Assembly: GCA_016207035.1 (NCBI GenBank)
Contig: JACQQJ010000054.1
Coordinates: 1 to 38,017, forward strand
DNA from: Nitrospinota bacterium
Lineage (GTDB): Bacteria > Nitrospinota > Nitrospinia > UBA9942
Length of the DNA: 38,017 bases
Direction: 5' to 3'
A program made the translations under genes and the position numbers. Position 1 is the first letter of the stretch. Each line of letters begins with the position of its first letter. Of the stretch, positions 9,317-18,099 are shown piece by piece. The notes under the pieces were generated by a model. That model searched no databases and was not told the origin of the DNA. It was given only the letters and a program-made list of their open reading frames with translations.

Positions 9317-10384
9317 CGTAGACTCCTCACAGTTAGTCCCGCCATATCCGAACAGCGAGATGTCAGGGACCTCATTGTATGGCTGCGCACGGAAAATGGT
9401 AGTATAGAACACTTGTTCAAGAAGATTTCGCTCTTGTTCCGAAAGCCCATCAACGAATGCCGGAGATAACACGACGTTCTCGCAATGCATCGCGATCATC
9501 TTACTGAGCACACTCCGTAGTGCTGACTGGTCCAGCGATGCGAACTGTGAAAAGAACGGCGATAGATACCCGAGATGACGCTTGTGGTAGGTGAAGACTA
9601 CCCAGGTAGCCCTCTGCGATGGTAACACATTCAGTGTCACATCTGTTACATCGCTCCTAAGATGCAAGGTATTGAGCTGATGGCCTGCGAGGTCGAATTC
9701 GGGCGCAAATGCCGAGGCTGCTGCAACAGTTGGGACCCCAGAAAGTTGGAACAGCACCGTCTTGGTGAGGTGGAAGCGCCCAGTTTGCACTTGCTGATAA
9801 AGCGATTGAAACAGCCGCTTGATTCGTCTGGTAGAAACCTTTGTCCCGAGCAAGAATGGCTTCCAATCCTTCTCAAGCATCGGAGCCAGATGGACAGTAT
9901 CAGCATTTTCCAGGTTGAGCATGCTCCGCAGGGATTCGTAGTCCTTACGGTTGCCAAGTTCTACCAGACGCTCATAGAGTTTCTGATTGTTGAGCTTCAA
10001 CCAATACTCGCGGGCGGCTGCGCGAAGTGCCAATAGAACTACCTGCCGGAGTGAGGTTGGATCGAATGGTCTTGAGTGATCGAAATCCACCTCCCGGAAG
10101 AGACTCGAGTCATGTCTAGCACAGAAGCCAGTGAATGTCGTGGCCGTGCGATAGCCAACCAGTGACAGTTGATACCCCTGGCCAGTAGTTTGAAACATAT
10201 ATACATGTCCGTCTCTGGTTAGGTGCTCCATGATGTGAGCGCTTTGAATGGAGTGAGCTTGGATTACTTTACAGGCACAGCTCTCGTCATCTGCCAAACA
10301 TTGTTGCAACGCATTGTTACGACGCCACTTAACGACCGCAGCGAAGACTCGGTTGTAGCCTACTGTTGTACGTCGAGCCTGCAT
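9311..10384 (-). CDS. Cassette-borne hypothetical protein with an N-terminal Cys/His (HNH-like, Zn-binding) motif
   Basis: C...C..IQAHSIQ...ATTFTGFCARHD motif; visibly more GC-rich than the host genes; flanked by attC-like sites. Confidence 0.65.
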   Translation of the reverse strand: MQARRTTVGYNRVFAAVVKWRRNNALQQCLADDESCACKVIQAHSIQSAHIMEHLTRDGHVYMFQTTGQGYQLSLVGYRTATTFTGFCARHDSSLFREVDFDHSRPFDPTSLRQVVLLALRAAAREYWLKLNNQKLYERLVELGNRKDYESLRSMLNLENADTVHLAPMLEKDWKPFLLGTKVSTRRIKRLFQSLYQQVQTGRFHLTKTVLFQLSGVPTVAAASAFAPEFDLAGHQLNTLHLRSDVTDVTLNVLPSQRATWVVFTYHKRHLGYLSPFFSQFASLDQSALRSVLSKMIAMHCENVVLSPAFVDGLSEQERNLLEQVFYTTIFRAQPYNEVPDISLFGYGGTNCEESTA

Positions 10385-10414
10385 TTTTCCCTCAAGAATG
10401 TGTTTGTGCCTATG

Positions 10415-10524
10415 GTCCTATCGGGCCGCACTTGAGCTGAGTCCCGAAGGGACTTCAGTCTCAAGCAGCGTGTTCGCCCGCCGTAGGCGTAGAACACGCT
10501 GCCCTCAGCTGCGACCCGTTAGTA
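10415..10524 (-). mobile_element. attC-like repeat copy (integrase-proximal)
   Basis: Same core tgagctgagtcccgaagggacttcagtctcaagcagcgtgttcgcc...ctcagctgcgacccgttag; left arm mutated (cctatcgggccgcacttgag). Confidence 0.72.
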
Positions 10525-10575
10525 AGAATTTATACTAATGATGCAAATAAGTCAATAAGTTATACACTAAAAATC

Positions 10576-10713
10576 ATAGAAGGAGAGTTAGGTGTTGTGC
10601 GTGCAAACCAGAGATGGAGGCTCCCTGTGGTCTTAACCGCAAAAGAAGTAAAAAGTATTTTTGACCAAATAGCGGGCATACAGCGTCTCATGGCTATGCT
10701 AAAAATGCCATGA
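10576..10713 (+). pseudogene. intI: Integron integrase (IntI) internal fragment
   Basis: Translates as IEGELGVVRANQRWRLPVVLTAKEVKSIFDQIAGIQRLMAML, matching the IntI 'RA...RLPVVL...EV..........LMA.L' segment that precedes the YGxGLR box; oriented divergently from the cassettes. Confidence 0.75.
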
Positions 10714-10750
10714 TGTATGCTATATTTAGGTATAGGAATTTCAATGAATG

Positions 10751-10838
10751 AACAACCCCCTCAATCCCCCTTTGATAAGGGGGACTTAATACAAAAGAGG
10801 TAGAAATTTCCCCTTAATAAATGGGTTAGGGGGTTGTT
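10751..10838. repeat. Palindromic repeat / MITE-like element (CCCCTCAATCCCCCTTT..AAGGGGG family)
   Basis: Terminal aacaaccccc / gggggttgtt inverted repeat with internal tcccccttt-gat-aaggggga hairpin. Confidence 0.65.
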
Positions 10839-11014
10839 TAAGATATGCAATTGCTGAAGTGCTACTGCCGAAGGCAGACTAAATTATATAAAAAATGCTG
10901 ATAACACTGCCAATGGTTGAAGCAAGGACTGCAAATGTAGTAAGAAGGTGAGCTGTATTATGATTGAATAAATTTCCATTGAAAAACCCCTTTGCTAAGT
11001 TTATAATCCACTCC

Positions 11015-11875
11015 ATGAAAAATCCTATCCTGATTGGATTAATCCAGATGTCAATGTCTTCCCATCGAGGTGAGAATGTTAAAAGAGCAGCTCAAATGAT
11101 AAAGGGTGCCTCTGAAAGGGGCGCACACATTGTTTGTCTGCCGGAGCTCTTTACAACCCTCTATTTTCCAAGGGAAGAGAAGATAGATGCATCTGGACTG
11201 GCTGAGACGATTCCAGGAAAGACAACGGATAGTTTGGCAAAGGCGGCACAAGAAAATCATGTTGTTTTAATCGGCGGCTCAATCTTTGAAAAAGAAGATG
11301 GTAAGTTTTACAACACCTCTGTTGTTTTTGATGAAAACGGCGGGATGATTGGAAAATACAGAAAAATGCACATCCCCCTTGACCCCTTCTTTTATGAAAA
11401 AGATTATTTTGAAGAGAGCAAGGACGGTTTCAAGGTTTTTCAAACTAAATACTGCAAAATTGGCGTCCTGATCTGTTACGACCAGTGGTTCCCTGAAGCT
11501 GCAAGAATCAACGCATTAATGGGTGCAGATATGATTTTCTACCCAACAGCGATAGGAGTCCCTGACGGGAATGAGGAGATTGAAGGCAATTGGCAGGAGG
11601 CATGGACTATTGTGCAGAGGGGACATGCAGTGGCAAATACTGTGGTTGTTGCATCGGTAAATAGAGTTGGGAAAGAAGGGAATATGAATTTCTTTGGAGG
11701 CTCTTTTGTTTCAGACCAGTTTGGCAAAATTTTAGCTCAAGGCGGCAACAAAGAAGAGATTATTATTGCAGAAATTGACTTGAATTTATCAAAACATATA
11801 CGGGAAGGGTGGCGTTTCTTTTATAATAGAAGGCCTGAAAGCTACAGTGAATTAATCAAAAGAGATAAAAAATGA
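11015..11875 (+). CDS. aguB: Carbon-nitrogen hydrolase, N-carbamoylputrescine amidase type
   Basis: CLPELF, YRKMHIP, FYEKDYF, ICYDQWFPEAAR (E-K-C triad); overlaps the agmatine deiminase gene; start reassigned to ATG 11015. Confidence 0.85.
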   Translation: MKNPILIGLIQMSMSSHRGENVKRAAQMIKGASERGAHIVCLPELFTTLYFPREEKIDASGLAETIPGKTTDSLAKAAQENHVVLIGGSIFEKEDGKFYNTSVVFDENGGMIGKYRKMHIPLDPFFYEKDYFEESKDGFKVFQTKYCKIGVLICYDQWFPEAARINALMGADMIFYPTAIGVPDGNEEIEGNWQEAWTIVQRGHAVANTVVVASVNRVGKEGNMNFFGGSFVSDQFGKILAQGGNKEEIIIAEIDLNLSKHIREGWRFFYNRRPESYSELIKRDKK

Positions 11876-12972
11876 ATAGACAAAAAAACTTGTCCCATTA
11901 TGTTTTTAAAAGGGATGAAACCCCTGCATCTTTGGGATTCAGGATGCCAGCTGAATGGGAAGGACATGAGGGGACATGGCTTTCGTGGCCGAAAGATCCT
12001 GTCACCTTCCCAGGAAAGGCCCGGGAAGCTGTGGAAGGGGTCTTTATCAAAGCAGTAAAAGCACTCCAGATGGGGGAGAAGGTCTTTATCTTAGCAGATA
12101 ATGAAGATAGGGAGAATTATATTAGGGACATACTGCAAACATCTGGCGTAAGTTCCAACAATATCTTCTTTCATAAAATAAAGAGTGTAGATGTCTGGAT
12201 ACGAGATTACGGGCCAACTTTTGTAAAAAATAGACAAACGAATACGGTAGCGGTTGTAAAATGGAAATTCAATGCATGGGGCGGAAAATACAAGGCATTT
12301 ATGCCTGATGATAGGGCAGGAATGGAGGTGGCAAGGCATTCTAAAGTTCAAATTTTCAAACCAGATATTGTGATGGAAGGCGGGGCAATAGAATCAAATG
12401 GAGAGGGGACTATTTTAACAACTGAACAATGTCTGTTGAACAAAAATAGGAATCCAGGATTAACAAAAACTCAAATTGAAGATTATCTGAAACACTATCT
12501 GGGGGCGCATACCATAATCTGGCTTAAAGAGGGAATTGAAGGGGATGACACTGATGGTCATGTAGATGATATTGCCAGATTCGTTGGGAAAAACAGAGTC
12601 CTTTGCGCCCTTGAAAATGACAAAAGAGACAAACATAATTATCAAGCCCTGAATCATAACTATAAACTACTGCAAAAAGCAAAAACTTCTCAAGGCGAGA
12701 AATTGGAGATAATAAAACTCCCAATGCCAGAACCCATCCTATTTCCTAAAAGACCCTTTGCAGGACCTCGCCTGCCGCTCAGTTATGCCAATTTCTATAT
12801 CGGCAACACCTGTATAATTATCCCTGTTTTTGGATGTAAAACAGATGACAAGGCATTATCCATCATGCAAGGGGTTTTTCCTGATAGGGAAATAGTCCCT
12901 GTGTATTCTCTGCCCTTTGTGTATGGTTCAGGTGCAATTCATTGCGCTACACAACAGCAGCCTAAATCGTAA
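11872..12972 (+). CDS. aguA: Agmatine deiminase (peptidyl-arginine deiminase family)
   Basis: RMPAEWE, WIRDYGP, FNAWGGKY, EGGAIESNGEG, DTDGHVD, SYANFY, GAIHCATQQQP. Confidence 0.92.
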   Translation: MNRQKNLSHYVFKRDETPASLGFRMPAEWEGHEGTWLSWPKDPVTFPGKAREAVEGVFIKAVKALQMGEKVFILADNEDRENYIRDILQTSGVSSNNIFFHKIKSVDVWIRDYGPTFVKNRQTNTVAVVKWKFNAWGGKYKAFMPDDRAGMEVARHSKVQIFKPDIVMEGGAIESNGEGTILTTEQCLLNKNRNPGLTKTQIEDYLKHYLGAHTIIWLKEGIEGDDTDGHVDDIARFVGKNRVLCALENDKRDKHNYQALNHNYKLLQKAKTSQGEKLEIIKLPMPEPILFPKRPFAGPRLPLSYANFYIGNTCIIIPVFGCKTDDKALSIMQGVFPDREIVPVYSLPFVYGSGAIHCATQQQPKS

Positions 12973-13027
12973 TAAAGGCAAAAAATAACTTAAGAATATA
13001 ATCTGTTCCTCTGGCAATAGAGTACAT

Positions 13028-13342
13028 TTAATCTAAATCAATATCTCGAATATGCTTCTCTCCTGTATCTTCGCCTTTTTTCTTTAAAAGCTCGTCAAAC
13101 TGACGCTTTAAGATTTCGCCTTTATGTTTTTGTTCCTCCAGGGACTTTTTGAATTTTTCTTCTCTCTCGGTAGACTTCTCTTTGAGAAGCTCAATCCCCT
13201 CTTTAAGATCGGCAATCACCTTCTCTTGAGGAGATTCCACAAACTTTATAATTTTACCCATGTGTACATCAATGGTTAATTTCGCTTTACAGCATGGGCA
13301 CTCCAGATCAATTGTTTCTTTATCTATCATTTTTAACACCAC
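13028..13342 (-). CDS. Hypothetical protein: N-terminal CPCC Zn-ribbon-like motif plus coiled coil
   Basis: LECPCCKAKLTID followed by a K/E-rich helix; co-oriented downstream of rmuC. Confidence 0.7.
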   Translation of the reverse strand: MVLKMIDKETIDLECPCCKAKLTIDVHMGKIIKFVESPQEKVIADLKEGIELLKEKSTEREEKFKKSLEEQKHKGEILKRQFDELLKKKGEDTGEKHIRDIDLD

Positions 13343-13360
13343 CCATGTTCATTATATGTT

Positions 13361-14740
13361 TCATCCGCGTATCTCAGGAATCTCTCTGATATTCGTATCA
13401 ATCTGGTTTAGTTCTGGTAGTTCCTTTTCAGGGGCAGAGGCACCAAGTTCTTTTAACCTCTGAGCCCCTGGCATAACCCTGCTTTCCCATGAGCCTATCG
13501 CAGAGTTGTAGGATTTTACAGCCTTATTCAAACCCTCGCCGATCTCTCCGATATATTCTACAAACTTACAAATTCTGTCAAACAGCTCTGTCCCTGTTTT
13601 CCAGATGCGCTTTGAATTTTCTGCAACCTGCTGCTGTTGCCAGCTATAGGCAACTGTTCTTAAGAGTGCGATAAGGGTTGTAGGGGTCGCAAGGATAACC
13701 CTGCTTGCAATCCCATCTTCAATGAGACTTCGATCCTGCTCCAGTGCCATGCTGAAAAACGATTCACCTGGCAGAAAGAGGACTACGAAATCAGGGGTTG
13801 GATTGAATTGATTCCAGTATGCCTTTGAACTTAATTGCTGCATATGGCTTTTTACTGCCTTTGCATGCTGCATGAATAACATCTTTCTATCCTCGTCCTC
13901 ATGGGTTTCAATTGCCTCCATATACGCCTTTAAAGGAACTTTTGCATCTACGATAACTGTCCTTTCACCTGGCAGTTTGACAATCAAGTCGGGTCTTTTA
14001 CGCCCCTCTTCAGATCCAACACTCGGCTGTTCTTCAAAATCACAATACTGAGACATCCCTGCAACTTCAACAACCCTTCTTAAGGTTATCTCACCCCATC
14101 TCCCCCTGACCTGCGGAGTTTTCAGTGCTGAAACAAGGGCTGTTGTCTCTTTCTGAAGCCTTTCCTGCGTTACCTTGAGATCATGGAGATATACCTTTAA
14201 TCCTCCATATGCACCGTCTGTTTTACTTTCGAGTTCCCTGATTTGATTCTCATATCTTCCCAATACCTCCTTGAGAGGCTTTATCATCTGATCAATTGCC
14301 TCCTGTCGTTTACCCAGATCTCCTCTTGCCTCTGATAGATAGTTTTCCAGTGTCTTCCTTGCCAGATCTAAGAAAGCCGCATTGTTGCTTTTGAGTGCAT
14401 CTGAAGAAAGGGCGTTGAAGGTGTCTTTTAATTTCTGTGTCGCCTCCTCTAACACTCTTTTCTGTCCCTCCAGATTTTTCTGTGCCTCCTCCAATCTGGT
14501 CTCTGCAGTAACCTTTTCAGTCTGTTCTGATTTCAATTGTTCAGATAGTTTTTTTATTTCTCCTGTCCTTTCCTGTAACTGGCTTCTCAATTCTGTAATT
14601 GTATTCTCAGCACCACGGGATTTAATCTCAATATCAGTAATTTGAGATGTAAGAGCAGCTTTTGTATGTGACCTTGCCCAGAACCAGGCAATTCCCCCAC
14701 CGACTAACAAACCTAAGATTAAATAAGATACCTCATTCAT
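13361..14740 (-). CDS. rmuC: DNA recombination protein RmuC
   Basis: N-terminal TM helix, coiled coil, RGRWGE, RPDLIVKLP, VDAKVPL, DFVVLFLPGE, ATPTTLIALL. Confidence 0.95.
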   Translation of the reverse strand: MNEVSYLILGLLVGGGIAWFWARSHTKAALTSQITDIEIKSRGAENTITELRSQLQERTGEIKKLSEQLKSEQTEKVTAETRLEEAQKNLEGQKRVLEEATQKLKDTFNALSSDALKSNNAAFLDLARKTLENYLSEARGDLGKRQEAIDQMIKPLKEVLGRYENQIRELESKTDGAYGGLKVYLHDLKVTQERLQKETTALVSALKTPQVRGRWGEITLRRVVEVAGMSQYCDFEEQPSVGSEEGRKRPDLIVKLPGERTVIVDAKVPLKAYMEAIETHEDEDRKMLFMQHAKAVKSHMQQLSSKAYWNQFNPTPDFVVLFLPGESFFSMALEQDRSLIEDGIASRVILATPTTLIALLRTVAYSWQQQQVAENSKRIWKTGTELFDRICKFVEYIGEIGEGLNKAVKSYNSAIGSWESRVMPGAQRLKELGASAPEKELPELNQIDTNIREIPEIRG

Positions 14741-14991
14741 ATATAATAGCGATTATAAAAACTTGTATATAAAAGAATATCTCCTCAAGGTATTTATAAT
14801 GGCCAATACCCTGAACAACCCTTATTTAATGATGTTAAGGTAACGGCCGCTATAAATTTATGATGCTGCAGAATTAATTAAAGCCATATTAACACCCTGA
14901 ATATGGTCTGTCAAACTGCCTCGCAATTAGCTTGCTTTTGGGTAAATAAAAAATTATAATGAAAAAGAGTTTTATAGGAAAGGAACGATTT

Positions 14992-15243
14992 ATGTTAAAA
15001 ACGATCAATGCCATATATGAAGATGGTGTCTTTAAACCTCTTGAACCGATTTCACTGGATGAGCATGAAAAGGTTAGGCTGGAAATAAATCTTGATGAGC
15101 GTCTGCGTAAGCAATTAAAAGAATTGATAGAAAATATTTACAAAAGGACGGATAAGTATTCATCTAAAGAAATAGAAGCCAATATCACAGAAGCATACAG
15201 AGAGGTTCAAGAGATATATCGTGCCAAAAATCGTTCTGATTGA
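14992..15243 (+). CDS. Antitoxin, AF2212/DUF104-like
   Basis: KTINAIYEDGVFKPLEPISLDEHEKVRL signature; precedes and overlaps a PIN toxin. Confidence 0.8.
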   Translation: MLKTINAIYEDGVFKPLEPISLDEHEKVRLEINLDERLRKQLKELIENIYKRTDKYSSKEIEANITEAYREVQEIYRAKNRSD

Positions 15244-15661
15244 TACCAATGTATGGGTATAAGCCTTTATCAATGGAAAAGGGTATCCCGCCAAAGTAAA
15301 GGAGAAATTTCTCAAGCAGGAATTTGAGGTAGTCATATCCACTCCACTTCTTAAAGAACTTTCTGATGTATTCAGACGCCCCAGAATAAAAGATCAGTAT
15401 AAAATAACCGATGAAGATATTAACCTATTTATTGAAATACTGGCAGGAACATGTCACAAGGTATATTTGACGAATGACATAAATGTATGCAGGGACCATA
15501 AGGACAACATGGTTTTAGAAACTGCTATTAAAGGTGGTGCGGGTTATCTGGTTACTCGTGATGATGATATTAAAAAAGACTCAAGACTAATAGAGGAGAT
15601 GAAAAAATACGATATTAATATCGTAAGTGTTTCAAGGTTTCTTGAGATATTGTCAGGATAA
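15221..15661 (+). pseudogene. PIN-domain (VapC-like) toxin interrupted by an in-frame TAA
   Basis: GTG start; VLIDTNVWV*AFI...VIS..LLKEL..V..RP...CRDHKDNMVLETA..G.A.YLVTRD; stop at 15260-15262; remainder in frame to 15661. Confidence 0.85.
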
Positions 15662-15937
15662 CAATATCGACCTAAATTACATTTCTTTATTTTGTTAATT
15701 TCCCTCCAAATACTATGCATTAAAAATTTTCATGAATCCTGAGCTTGTCCTGAACTTGTCGAAGGAAAGGTTTTTGAAGGTGATATCAATTCTTCAAATG
15801 CCTAAAATCCCGGAATAAGTTAGGAGTGAATTACTTCTCTCCGAAGAGCAGGGCATCAAGGTGGAATATTAAATTTTTGAGGTTTTACGGATTGTTGTTT
15901 TACTGAATTCGGCTTTGGAAGATTATGTTTTTCACTT

Positions 15938-16464
15938 TCACCCTTTCGGGATTTTAATAGTAACTATATCATCAGGTATCTTCATTCCAAGACGAAGTCC
16001 AAATTTGTTAAGAGCTTCTTTAATTTCATGTGACGATTTTCTCCCAAAATTTTTCGCTCTAAGCAATTCATTTTCGGTTCTTTGTATCAACTCACCAACT
16101 GTTTTAATTTTGAGATCCTTCAAACAACAATATGCACGCACAGCAAAAGGTCCTAATTAATCAATAGACATCTTAAGAGTTTCTGAGAAATGATTAAAGT
16201 CTTTATTCAAACCCCCTAATTTTGAAAAATGATTCAATATGTTTCTAATCTGTAATAAATATTCCGTTAACTCAGTTACTTGGCTTTCTTTGTCTTTAAT
16301 CAAACCCTCTAAAAAACTTTACTGTAAGACCGTCCTTTTGATTTTGCATCTAAAGACTCAATCATACCATCAATAAGTTCTATATCCTTTTCTCTAATGG
16401 GCAAAAGATCATTTATGTCTCCTCCAGTAATCTCCAAAATTAAATTAACATAATTATCATTCAT
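15938..16464 (-). pseudogene. Decayed gene with a C-terminal RNA polymerase alpha-CTD-like domain
   Basis: [53 protein letters not shown] resembles alpha-CTD; ATG 16464 with GGAG SD; frameshift near 16320 and an internal TAA. Confidence 0.7.
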
Positions 16465-16503
16465 TATAATTTTCTCCAGAGGGTCTAAAAAAGTTTTTTA
16501 TTT

Positions 16504-16538
16504 GACATATCACAACCAACTGACAACCATTGGTCGGT
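16504..16538 (-). promoter_or_regulatory. Operator/promoter-like motif after WYL remnant (copy 1)
   Basis: ACTGAC-N8-GTCGGT imperfect palindrome (16519-16538); minus strand reads TGTCAG-N10-TATGTC. Confidence 0.45.
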
Positions 16539-16549
16539 CTTATTTATAA

Positions 16550-16704
16550 TTATTCATACTCCCTCAACATCGCCTCCATCTCCCCTGTTATCTCATTTCT
16601 CAATTCACACGGGTAGAGTATTTTACAACTGGGTATCCAGTGGTATATCCATCTTTTAAGCTCAAGTGTCCCTGAACTGTTACCTTAAAAATATTGAGCC
16701 ATCT
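16550..16704 (-). pseudogene. 3' remnant of a WYL-domain regulator (WCX domain), copy 1
   Basis: KDGSIF..(frameshift)..SGTLELKRWIYHWIPSCKILYPCELRNEITGEMEAMLREYE*. Confidence 0.65.
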
Positions 16705-17082
16705 TTATTCTTCAAAATCAATACCGATAGCTGACAAGACAGCATTTGCTAATGCATTTAAAGTTGTACGATTTAATGTTCCATATTTTTTAAGCAGACG
16801 GCTTTTATCTATTGCCCTCATCTGGAAGCATAAGGCAACAGAATCTTGAGAAAGTCCACCATCTCCCTTCTTTATAAAGCAAGTTCCTATTATAGACTTA
16901 CGAGAAAGATTGGTAGTTAGAGGTATGCAAAGATATGTAGAAGTAAATCGGTTAAGAACTGGATTCTGGAATACAATAACGGGCCTTTCTCTCCCCTGCT
17001 CTGAGCCTTTTACAGGGTCAAGATTTGCAAGAAATATATCTCCGGTTTTAGGATGAATGGTGTCAATCTTTATCATCCTCAT
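16705..17082 (-). CDS. PemK/MazF-family endoribonuclease toxin
   Basis: GDIFLANLDPVKGSEQGRERPVIVFQN, IPLTT, DSVALCFQMRAIDKSRL; start probably at 17082 or 17076. Confidence 0.92.
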   Translation of the reverse strand: MRMIKIDTIHPKTGDIFLANLDPVKGSEQGRERPVIVFQNPVLNRFTSTYLCIPLTTNLSRKSIIGTCFIKKGDGGLSQDSVALCFQMRAIDKSRLLKKYGTLNRTTLNALANAVLSAIGIDFEE

Positions 17083-17569
17083 CTTTAAGTTGTCTTGCCC
17101 ATTCGTCAACGCCTGCTTCTGCCATCTCCTTAAATTCCAGTCTGTCTTCCTCTGTAACCGCAGGCTGTGCCATTAAACTGTTTATATCAAGACCAAGTGC
17201 ATCTGCAATCTTCTTTAAAGTGGTCAGTGTAGGGATATGGCGACCCTGTTCTATACGGACAAAATTTGGCCTTGCAATCCCTGTCTTTTTTGCAAGGTCT
17301 TCCTGCTTTAAACCTTGCCTTTCCCTTGCTTCTTTTATCCTTTGTGCAATTGCCCATGCAATAATCCTTTTAGGGTCTTCTTTGGTAAGAATGCTAATTT
17401 TTTTTTCATGCTGAAAGGACATTCCAGGATTAAATTTCCTGTCCAGTTTTTCTACTCTCCTGATAGCATTTTTACTAAAATTACTTTCAAAAATAACATT
17501 TACTGCTTTTAATGTTATTTTTTTAAACTGTGTTTGTTTTTTCATTAACTCAGAGACAGCAATGTTCAT
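17063..17569 (-). CDS. XRE-family HTH regulator with acidic C-terminal tail; probable antitoxin/repressor
   Basis: IKEARERQGLKQEDLAKKTGIARPNFVRIEQGRHIPTLTTLKKIADALG; tail EFKEMAEAGVDEW; overlaps mazF. Confidence 0.85.
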   Translation of the reverse strand: MNIAVSELMKKQTQFKKITLKAVNVIFESNFSKNAIRRVEKLDRKFNPGMSFQHEKKISILTKEDPKRIIAWAIAQRIKEARERQGLKQEDLAKKTGIARPNFVRIEQGRHIPTLTTLKKIADALGLDINSLMAQPAVTEEDRLEFKEMAEAGVDEWARQLKDEDDKD

Positions 17570-17937
17570 TTTGATTCTCCAATAGTATTTAAACCACCTT
17601 TTCTTCTCAGGGGAGAAATACCAGATTTCCTGTTTTTAAGTTTTATGATTGTATTTTCAGCTTCAGCAAGTTCTTTTAAAAGACGGTTATTGAGGGCAAT
17701 AAGCCCTTCATTTGCCCTTTTTAGTTCAAGGTTTTCATTAGAGACCTGTCTTTCACGCACTCTGATATTTTCATAAAACCGTCTCAGTTGTATAACATAA
17801 GCCTTTAAAGCCTCATGCTCTGCTTCCAGTGATTTCTTAGATGCAATTTGAAAAATATTTGTTATTAAACTCCCCAAAGCAACGAGTCCCAGGATGTCTT
17901 CTCCCTCTTGTTTTTTAACAACCGTTTTTGTACTCAT
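17566..17937 (-). CDS. Hypothetical protein: short hydrophobic segment plus coiled coil
   Basis: 123 aa; GAGGAGG SD; stop overlaps the XRE start (ATGA). Confidence 0.75.
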   Translation of the reverse strand: MSTKTVVKKQEGEDILGLVALGSLITNIFQIASKKSLEAEHEALKAYVIQLRRFYENIRVRERQVSNENLELKRANEGLIALNNRLLKELAEAENTIIKLKNRKSGISPLRRKGGLNTIGESK

Positions 17938-17962
17938 ATTTCCCTCCTCTAACTCTTAACAA

Positions 17963-17991
17963 AAAGTATCATACTTGATACATTATGTCAA
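17963..17991 (-). promoter_or_regulatory. sigma70 promoter overlapped by a palindromic operator
   Basis: TTGACA-17-TACTTT with extended TG; palindrome GTATCA-N4-TGATAC at 17966-17981. Confidence 0.65.
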
Positions 17992-18099
17992 ACGGTTTAC
18001 AGATTTATTTAATTTTTTTTGTATGAAAATATCCAAAGATGGAAACTTGAAATGCACTTTAGGAGTTGAAAAAGCTACACAGTCATAATAAGTGTAGAC

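Noticed and set aside
7611-10524. Repeats read as a CRISPR array
   Set aside because: Units are ~105 bp, separated by whole genes of variable length; no cas genes; R-box ends fit attC
15735-15870. ctgagcttgtcctgaacttgtcgaagg REP-like sequence and a degenerate IS-end-like stretch
   Set aside because: Too short and degenerate to define boundaries from this window
15938-16141. Genuine rpoA
   Set aside because: Only the CTD is present, interrupted, with no rps/rpl neighbours
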